From the NCBI GenBank assembly GCA_051117555.1, contig JBNPEG010000139.1, forward strand, positions 6,644-17,955: a stretch of 11,312 bases of DNA, given 5' to 3'. Of this stretch, positions 1-6,228 are shown piece after piece. This stretch comes from Elainellaceae cyanobacterium. Its GTDB lineage: Bacteria > Cyanobacteriota > Cyanobacteriia > CAZCXK01. The notes beneath the pieces are model-generated. The model worked only from the letters and a program-made list of their open reading frames with translations, made no database searches and had not been told where the DNA came from. The stretch's first letter is position 1, and the number at the start of each line of letters is the position of its first letter. The translations under genes were made by a program, and so were the position numbers.

Positions 1-53
1 TGTAGTCATTGCAAATACAGTACTGTCTGGCAGAAATAAGCCAACCATTTAAG

Positions 54-96
54 AGTGCAGGCATCTTGCCCGCGACGTGAGCGGACGCTCACACTA
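54..96. repeat. REP-like doublet of short palindromes (cyanobacterial extragenic repeat)
   Basis: GCAGGC-ATCTT-GCCCGC (one mismatch) followed by perfect GTGAGCG-GA-CGCTCAC (77-92), bracketed by AGTG/CACT. Resembles, from recall, GCGGGCATCTTGCCCGC / GAGCGAGACGCTCACACTA-type repeats. Confidence 0.6.
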
Positions 97-128
97 TGGT
101 TATGAAACTTCCGCCGTCTTGTAACACA

Positions 129-195
129 GTCATTGCGAACAAAGCGAAGCAATCTCTGGATTATACACTCGAGATGCTCTCACGTTTCAATCCAC
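129..195. repeat. GTCATTGCGA...GAAGCAATCTC palindromic dispersed repeat, right arm decayed
   Basis: Left arm GTCATTGCGAACAAAGCGAAGCAATCTC (129-156) matches the widespread GTCATTGCGAGCGAAGCGAAGCAATC element as I recall it. The right arm GAGATGCTCTCACGTTTCAATCCAC (171-195) is a degenerate version of GAGATTGCTTC...CGCAATGAC. Confidence 0.6.
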
Positions 196-318
196 TGGTT
201 ACGCTTCTGCTCCTACGCGGGTTTTGATTGTATCGCCGCAACTTGAGTCACCGAGGTCGTCGGCTGACGAATCTCTTCATGCGAGATGGGTTGAACGCTG
301 TGTTCGCTTTAGCTCCTT

Positions 319-358
319 AAAAATAAGACACCCCAACGATGACATCGTCTCCGTTGGG
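319..358 (-). terminator. Possible intrinsic terminator downstream of the 6S-like RNA
   Basis: 7-bp stem CCCAACG (332-338)/CGTTGGG (352-358). On the minus strand it is followed by GTGTCTTATTTTT, so the U tract is offset from the stem. Confidence 0.4.
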
Positions 359-500
359 TAGACGCGTTGCGGCTTCTTGCAGTAAGCCGATTCTACCGAG
401 GCAAAACCCTCTTGCGGGTTCCCCGAGGCGGCGTAGGCTGACTTTGCCGATAAGTACTTTTACTCTCCAAGAAGCCGCAGAGCATTTATAATCGCCGCGT
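345..500 (-). ncRNA. ssrS: Probable 6S RNA (SsrS/SsaA)
   Basis: Rod-like fold: perfect 12-bp stem 368-379/468-479, then AGTAA/TTACT, a large internal bubble, GGCAAA (400-405)/TTTGCC (443-448) and an apical hairpin AACCC/GGGTT. The minus-strand motif order CTCTGCGGCTTCTTG..CGGCAAA..CGCCG..GGGAACC..GGTTTTGCCTCGGT..AAGAAGCCGCA matches my recollection of cyanobacterial 6S RNA. Ends are approximate. Confidence 0.7.
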
Positions 501-532
501 TCAGAGTTTTGTCAGTCGACCAGGGCGCTGAC

Positions 533-2413
533 TTAGAAACTAAAGGTCGTTCTCAGGGTACCGACGACAATATCGCTATTGTCATTATTTTGGTCAGGCG
601 CGGTCAACCAAACAACACCGGGGGTTATTGAGATATTGTCAGTGATTTGATAGCGATAGAAAGCCTCTACATGCAAAGACGTATCATTTTCGACGAAGAT
701 GAAATCACCATCAACACCGCCCAGATACGGCTCCACACCGACCATCAGCCCACCAAAGTTACCCTCTTGAAGCAAATCGGGGAAACCCAGTCCCAACCCG
801 TAATACCAAATTTCTCCATCTCCTGTTTCGATAAATCTGATATTAGTAAAGCCGCCAAAGGCATTAATCACAAAGTTGGAGCTCACTTGAAACGAGGCTT
901 GTACCCCGTATGAGTTAGTAACGGCTGGTGTTTCTAATTCAATATGGGTGGCATTTGCTGGCACCGTTCCAGTGAAGAATTCATCGGTGAATCCTTGGTC
1001 GAAGATAAAGTTTGTATCTTGACCGTCGATGTTGTTTGCTGTGTGATAACCATGCACGTAGGTCAGCGCAAGCTGGAATTTATCCCCCGGTGAGAAAGTA
1101 AATTGACCCAGGGCAGCATAGTCACCATTAAACAAGCCACTTCCAGGAGATGGATCAGCCGCTTCTTCTGCGAAATAACCGCCCGTTAAGACAAAGGTTG
1201 ATTCGTCATCAAAGGAGAAATTTACGCCCATGCCTGCACCTCCGCCAATTCGATAAATAGGACTTTCTTGGCTGAATGCTGATAGACCGCCTCGCCCCCC
1301 ATCAAAGTCTTGAAAAAACGGACTCGCAGTGCTGTAAACATAGTCACTGTGAATCCCCCCGGCTGCTGCCAGATACACCTGGATGCGGTCTTGAATGGGG
1401 AAATAGTAGCCCAACCAGTCAAGAACGACGTCTCCTTCTGTATTGCCGCTAATTCGGGGTGATAAGATGCCTTCTGCTGTTGCCGCATTGACGCTTGGAT
1501 AAGTTCCGGGGCCTGAAAATGGCTCAACGTTGCCCACTGCTAGGCGAGTATGCAGCGCGTCTTCCCCCGTGAAGCTCGTCACTAAATCTAGGCGGACTCG
1601 ATTTTGAAAGACCGTTTGGTTATCGTCATCGTCGCCAAATCGATCGGTGACTCGGAAAATAGCTTCACCGTTGAGTTTCGTTGTGGTTGAGAATTGATTG
1701 GCTTCTACTTCAGCCACTCGTGCTTCTAGCGCATCAACCCGTCCTCTCAAGGTTGCTAGCTCTGCCGCAAACTCTTCTTGCAGTCGTTGCAGCACTTCCA
1801 AATCATCACGACTGACCGTGTCCGCCAAACCCGCCGCAATGAGATCATTAATTCGATCGAGACATGCATTCACCCCGGCAGCAAACTCATACCGCGTGAG
1901 CGCACGATTGCCCCGATAGGTCATGTCTGGATAGCCGACAATGCATCCGTAGCGTTCGACCAACGATTGCAACGCCTGAAATGCCCAATCCGTAGGCTGC
2001 ACGTCAGACAGTTGTGTGACAGATGTGACTTGCGCCATTGAGTGGTTTGAATCCCGAGTTTCGGCAGCGATATCTCGAACGGATGGAACGCTGTCCATTG
2101 CTGAAGATCGGGGAACCTCAGCCAGCAGGGTTTCAGTTGACTGGGGCGATCGCCCAGAGTAAATACCTGCTGCCTGATCCAGTGCAGGGGTATCCACTGC
2201 CGAATGGTCCAATTGTGGATGATCTAATGCTCCCCGATTTGCTTCGGGTTGATCGACCAGTACGTCTCGCTGAGCCAGAGCCACATTGGCTATCTCATCC
2301 TCGATGGCACGCGGCACTGTTTCCGTGGCCGATGTGGGAATTGCAGCTAAGCAAAAAACTCCTGCAAGCGCTGATCCAGACACCAGCATTGCAAATCCAT
2401 ATCGAAATACCAT
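533..2413 (-). CDS. SLH-domain outer-membrane porin (cyanobacterial OprB/Som 'iron uptake porin' family)
   Basis: Signal peptide; AQVTSVTQLSDVQPTDWAFQALQSLVERYGCIVGYPD..RGNRALTRYEFAAG SLH motif; coiled coil; QFSTTTKLNGE; C-terminal VGTLRTTFSF with terminal Phe. Start moved to ATG 2413 because GAGGAG lies 7 nt upstream of it. Confidence 0.95.
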   Translation of the reverse strand: MVFRYGFAMLVSGSALAGVFCLAAIPTSATETVPRAIEDEIANVALAQRDVLVDQPEANRGALDHPQLDHSAVDTPALDQAAGIYSGRSPQSTETLLAEVPRSSAMDSVPSVRDIAAETRDSNHSMAQVTSVTQLSDVQPTDWAFQALQSLVERYGCIVGYPDMTYRGNRALTRYEFAAGVNACLDRINDLIAAGLADTVSRDDLEVLQRLQEEFAAELATLRGRVDALEARVAEVEANQFSTTTKLNGEAIFRVTDRFGDDDDNQTVFQNRVRLDLVTSFTGEDALHTRLAVGNVEPFSGPGTYPSVNAATAEGILSPRISGNTEGDVVLDWLGYYFPIQDRIQVYLAAAGGIHSDYVYSTASPFFQDFDGGRGGLSAFSQESPIYRIGGGAGMGVNFSFDDESTFVLTGGYFAEEAADPSPGSGLFNGDYAALGQFTFSPGDKFQLALTYVHGYHTANNIDGQDTNFIFDQGFTDEFFTGTVPANATHIELETPAVTNSYGVQASFQVSSNFVINAFGGFTNIRFIETGDGEIWYYGLGLGFPDLLQEGNFGGLMVGVEPYLGGVDGDFIFVENDTSLHVEAFYRYQITDNISITPGVVWLTAPDQNNDNSDIVVGTLRTTFSF

Positions 2414-2420
2414 AATGTTC

Positions 2421-2430
2421 CTCCTCACAC
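2421..2430 (-). promoter_or_regulatory. Porin RBS overlapping a Yfr1 sRNA-complementary site (GUGUGAGGAG)
   Basis: The mRNA reads GUGUGAGGAG-GAACAUU-AUG, complementary over 10 nt to the conserved Yfr1 motif ACUCCUCACAC. Confidence 0.75.
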
Positions 2431-2438
2431 CTGATGCA

Positions 2439-2481
2439 CAACAAATCAAGAGCAAGGGCGTTCGTTTAAAACCCCTTGCTC
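2439..2481 (-). terminator. Terminator-like or processing hairpin between the fibro-slime gene and the porin
   Basis: 9-bp stem GAGCAAGGG (2450-2458)/CCCTTGCTC (2473-2481), followed on the minus strand by the interrupted U-rich tail TTGATTTGTTG. Confidence 0.55.
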
Positions 2482-2491
2482 CATTCGATAA

Positions 2492-4708
2492 TCAGTTTCC
2501 ACCCTCCGACCCAACAGGCTTGTTGGCGTTACCGGGTGCTACAATTCTGACGGTTGCCGATATTTTGTTTGGATTTTGCGGCAAGACATATCCCGTATTA
2601 GGTTGCAGAGATGCAATTACGGTTTCTCGCTTATCTTTATTCCGAAAGTCTCGATCGGCTAAGGGCACAACGTAGATATCCACCGATTTTTGTCCCTTGG
2701 GAATCACGATGGTGTTGTTTCGGGGGCGATGCCCAACATCTCGATCCTTTTCATTCCGCAGAACATAGTCTTTGCCCCGTCCAGGATCAGCACTTCCAGA
2801 AATGCCGTACTCGATTGTGAGCTGTTCGGGAGCTGGAATATCTAGGCTAATCACAAATTTGCCCTGCTGATTGCGGGCTGCTTCGCCGCGAATCGGCTCT
2901 TCCGCCTTGGGTTTCGCCGCGCGAATCATCGCCACTGGAGTTGGCGGTACGGGCGTATCTCGAATGATGACGGTTGCTGTAATCTGGGCAGGATTAGGAT
3001 GCAGGTCATATCCATGACCATCGAGAAGAGTCAGCGTCACAGTTTCATCAAATTCGATAGTGCTGTCTTCTCTAGGAACCACAGGTATCTTGGCAAAAGA
3101 TTGACCGGGCGCAATTACAACCGCTGGGGGTAAAGCGTTGTAGTCAATTCCTTGAACCGCATTGCCTGCGATCGCATAGCTGATCGAGATGTGCCCCAAT
3201 GCAGGTTTGTCTAAGAAAATCGTAAACTCACCATTGGCTCCAGGATTTCCATGTCCTGGCTCCTGAGCATACGGAACAGTCGCAGCAATGGTCGCCACGG
3301 GATTCGCAGGCGGCGGCGGGGGCGGCGGCACGTCGGTGATGACGACGGTGGCGGATGTTGGCGCGACATTCGCATCTAAGCGATAGCTGGCTCCACGCTG
3401 GAGCGTCAAAATGACGGTTTCGTTTCCTTCTTGGACGGCATCTTGTTTAGGGATTACGGGCAGCTTTGCCTCAATCTGGCCGGCTGGAATGACAACGGAT
3501 GTAGGAAGGGGGGCATAGTCATTTCCAGCGGTGGCATTCCCGCCGACGGCATAGGTGATTGTCAGGTCAGTTAATGCGGCTTCGTCAAGGAAGATGGTGA
3601 ATTCGCCATCTATTCCAGGCTGTCCGTTACCGGGCTCTTTCGCCATTGGCTTGCTCGCAGTGACGCCAACAAACGGACGGGGCACATAATCAGCAATCGT
3701 GACTGTCCCTTGGATGCGATCGCCCAGTTGATATCCTTGCCCGTCATCCAACGTAGCGACAACGGTTTCATTTCCTTCTAGTAATCGGTCAAAAATCGGC
3801 TTAACAGCTATCCTCGCTTCGGTTAGCCCGGCTGGAATCATCACGGATGAGCCAATTGCCTGATAGTCTCCACCTTCTGTTGCCGTACCCGATACGACGT
3901 AGTTGATGGTTAAATCTTCTTCGGCTGGTTTATCGATGGAGACGAGAAACTCACCCGGATCGACGGGCTTCTCAGCAGCAGAGGGATCAGTGGTGATCAG
4001 AGTTGCCGTAGGCGGGGGGACAATTTCTAACGAGGTGTCAATACGAAAGTTCGATTCGGTTGTGTGGCGTTCCGCAAAGAACAAATCAAAGGAATAGGTT
4101 CCACCTTTTTCTAAAACGAGATGAGCTCCCGTCGATAATACTTTGTCAAAGACAGTTTCACCGTCGCCGAGCTTAAGATCAATGGTGCCTGTTTCAACAG
4201 GGTGAACTCCGCCCAAATCGATGACGAGTTTTCCATCAATGAAGACCCAAAGGTCATCGTCTCCATTAAATGTAAATGACTCGGTGCCTTTATAGGTAAA
4301 GGAATGTCCGGTCACTTCTAAGGTGAAATGATAGTTGTGAGGCCGTCCTTCATTCCCAAATAGTGGATTGTCTGTGGCTCCTTCGTCGACGGGAAAAAAG
4401 CGGTTGTTTTGGTAGGTAAATACACCATTCGCGTCAGGTCCACTGAGTTCGATGGTGAAGGGTTTTGACCGGTTGAATTGCGGATCGTTGTGATACCAGC
4501 TATGAAATTCTGAGGCTCCGTGGGTTGTTCGACCTCGACCCCCCACATAGCGAGGCTTCCCATCCGCACCTAAATCAGTGCCAACGATTCCTTTCTCAGA
4601 TTCGATGACGTATTCAAAGTCAGGATGCGTTTTAATACCTAAGGTTCTAGCAGTCTCGTCTATCGTTACAAAGTCGCGGATTGTTCCTTTCAGCGTGAGC
4701 TTATCCAT
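2492..4708 (-). CDS. Fibro-slime (PA14-like) domain protein with four Calx-beta-like repeats
   Basis: N-terminal ~230 aa carry fibro-slime motifs (GTIRDF, HPDFE, FFPVD, HNYHFTLE, FTFNGDDDLWVFIDGKLVIDLGGVH, FDLFFAERHTTESNFRIDT). Four ~110-145 aa repeats follow with GEF/GKF..Y..G.A...DY..V.I..G..D...E..ETV..TL...GY...TV.I.D, joined by Pro-rich linkers. AGAGG precedes the ATG. Confidence 0.9.
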   Translation of the reverse strand: MDKLTLKGTIRDFVTIDETARTLGIKTHPDFEYVIESEKGIVGTDLGADGKPRYVGGRGRTTHGASEFHSWYHNDPQFNRSKPFTIELSGPDANGVFTYQNNRFFPVDEGATDNPLFGNEGRPHNYHFTLEVTGHSFTYKGTESFTFNGDDDLWVFIDGKLVIDLGGVHPVETGTIDLKLGDGETVFDKVLSTGAHLVLEKGGTYSFDLFFAERHTTESNFRIDTSLEIVPPPTATLITTDPSAAEKPVDPGEFLVSIDKPAEEDLTINYVVSGTATEGGDYQAIGSSVMIPAGLTEARIAVKPIFDRLLEGNETVVATLDDGQGYQLGDRIQGTVTIADYVPRPFVGVTASKPMAKEPGNGQPGIDGEFTIFLDEAALTDLTITYAVGGNATAGNDYAPLPTSVVIPAGQIEAKLPVIPKQDAVQEGNETVILTLQRGASYRLDANVAPTSATVVITDVPPPPPPPANPVATIAATVPYAQEPGHGNPGANGEFTIFLDKPALGHISISYAIAGNAVQGIDYNALPPAVVIAPGQSFAKIPVVPREDSTIEFDETVTLTLLDGHGYDLHPNPAQITATVIIRDTPVPPTPVAMIRAAKPKAEEPIRGEAARNQQGKFVISLDIPAPEQLTIEYGISGSADPGRGKDYVLRNEKDRDVGHRPRNNTIVIPKGQKSVDIYVVPLADRDFRNKDKRETVIASLQPNTGYVLPQNPNKISATVRIVAPGNANKPVGSEGGN

Positions 4709-4803
4709 GAAGCACCTCTTTAGAAAGTGGGTTAAGGGGGCGAAACCAGAGGTATTCGCGCGATAAATCGCTGAGTTGATCTACGCAATCAAACTATTTC
4801 ATT

Positions 4804-4840
4804 CCGCAATATTGGCCCGCAATATTGGCCCGCAATATTG
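4804..4840. repeat. Tandem repeat of 13-bp unit CCGCAATATTGGC, ~2.85 copies
   Basis: Units at 4804-4816 and 4817-4829, plus a partial unit at 4830-4840. Each contains the palindrome CAATATTG. Confidence 0.95.
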
Positions 4841-4869
4841 AATTTACCTCTCGATAATGAATTGACCTG

Positions 4870-4920
4870 ATTATAGAAGGAGTCGCGCTGATCAAAAATG
4901 AATTCATGACAAAATTCACA
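4870..4920 (-). promoter_or_regulatory. Candidate promoter for the fibro-slime gene: -10 TATAAT with an upstream CRP-like box
   Basis: Minus-strand TATAAT at 4875-4870. TGTGA-ATTTTG-TCATG at 4920-4905 matches TGTGA-N6-TCACA at 8/10. No well-spaced -35. Confidence 0.35.
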
Positions 4921-5136
4921 TTGCTCCAACTCAGTGATAACTTTTTATGTTGAGGCACGTTTCTGCAGCGATCGCCCCAATCATAAATGGCGTGCGATCA
5001 GACTTGTCAGGATAGCGGCTGCACGGTACGCCGCGCTGAATGTCCCAACAACAGAGCCGGTAACATTGCGGGTTATCTCTGCCTGATTGCACCTAATTAT
5101 CGTCATGCCCTGACATTTGAATGGCTGAAATTTAAT

Positions 5137-6228
5137 ATGAGTACGTCTCCATCTTCACCCTCACCTGCTGCGCCGTCTCATGACTGGTCTGCACTCTTGC
5201 AGCAGCTCTTGGATGGTCAATCTCTTTCGGTGACTCAATCTGCTGATTTGATGCAAGGATGGCTCACCGAGAGTATTTCCCCGATTTTGTCCGGGGCGAT
5301 TTTAGCCGCCATTCAAGCTAAAGGTGTCGCTGCCGACGAACTGGCAGGCATGGCGCGGGTTCTTCAAGGACAATCTCTAGGAGGCACCTTTGATCAAACT
5401 GACCTGCCATCCCCGCTGATCGACACCTGCGGCACGGGGGGGGACGGCGCTTCAACGTTTAATATCTCGACTACCGTTGCGTTTGTGGCCGCCGCTGCTG
5501 GAATTACGGTCGCTAAGCACGGTAATCGAGCTGCATCGAGTAAGGTAGGCTCTGCGGATGTATTAGAGGCACTGGGCATTACCATTACGGCACCACCTGA
5601 AGCAATCCAGGCAGCCCTTCATCAGGTGGGGATTACGTTTCTGTTTGCGCCGGGGTGGCATCCTGCAATGAAATCCGTCGTACCGTTGCGAAAGACGCTT
5701 AAAGTGCGGACGGTCTTCAATTTACTGGGGCCTCTTGTAAACCCGATGCAAATTACAGGACAGGTTTTAGGCGTTTATGATGCGGGTTTGGTCAACACTG
5801 TCGCCGATGCGCTCAACGAGTTGGGGCGATCGCACGCTATTGTGCTGTATGGGCAAGAAAAGCTCGACGAAGCAGGACTGGCAGATGTGACCCATCTGGC
5901 GATCGTATCCGATGGGCAGGTTCACTCGATGACGCTAGACCCGTCCGAGCTTGGGCTTGCTCCTGCACCCACATCAGCAATTCGGGGCGGTGAAGTGTCT
6001 GAAAACGTGGAGATTTTGCGGTCTGTGTTGCAGGGAGGAGGGACTCAAGCCCAGCAAGATGTGGTGGCACTCAATGCGGCGCTGGCGCTACAGGTGGGTG
6101 GGGCGATCGCCCAAGGTGATACCCCCAACCAGACATTTCAAAACGGCATCGAACAGGCTCGTGAAATTCTTAAGAGCGGGGCTGCCTGGGCAAAAGTTGA
6201 GGAACTGGCTGCATTTCTGCGTCAGTAA
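5137..6228 (+). CDS. trpD: Anthranilate phosphoribosyltransferase
   Basis: [65 protein letters not shown] and LDEAG motifs. Start ATG 5137 preferred over 4987 because the extra 50 codons look non-homologous. Confidence 0.97.
   Translation: MSTSPSSPSPAAPSHDWSALLQQLLDGQSLSVTQSADLMQGWLTESISPILSGAILAAIQAKGVAADELAGMARVLQGQSLGGTFDQTDLPSPLIDTCGTGGDGASTFNISTTVAFVAAAAGITVAKHGNRAASSKVGSADVLEALGITITAPPEAIQAALHQVGITFLFAPGWHPAMKSVVPLRKTLKVRTVFNLLGPLVNPMQITGQVLGVYDAGLVNTVADALNELGRSHAIVLYGQEKLDEAGLADVTHLAIVSDGQVHSMTLDPSELGLAPAPTSAIRGGEVSENVEILRSVLQGGGTQAQQDVVALNAALALQVGGAIAQGDTPNQTFQNGIEQAREILKSGAAWAKVEELAAFLRQ

Noticed and set aside
184..297. CRISPR-repeat-like ends GTTTCAATCC (184-193) and GATGGGTTGAAC (285-296)
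   Set aside because: No repeated unit with regular spacers and no cas genes. The first is better explained as the decayed right arm of the GTCATTGCGA repeat.
264..300. Hammerhead-like CTGACGA followed by a stem
   Set aside because: The required GAAA after stem II is absent.
400..450. c-di-GMP-I riboswitch or retron msr-msd (GGCAAA...TTGCCGA, terminal inverted repeats)
   Set aside because: It lacks the GAAA tetraloop and ACGCAAAG core, there is no RT gene in the window, and 6S motifs fit better.
2414..2455. Porin N-terminal extension MLLICCASGVRRNI from the ORF track
   Set aside because: This stretch is the RBS/Yfr1-site region; ATG 2413 has the proper SD and signal peptide.
3308..3328. CCG-rich run as a phase-variable repeat
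   Set aside because: It encodes a Pro7 linker with mixed codons; triplet slippage would not shift the frame.
4987..5136. Cys-rich 50-aa N-terminal extension of TrpD
   Set aside because: No resemblance to TrpD and no clear RBS; most likely a chance open frame. No Trp-rich leader peptide was seen.
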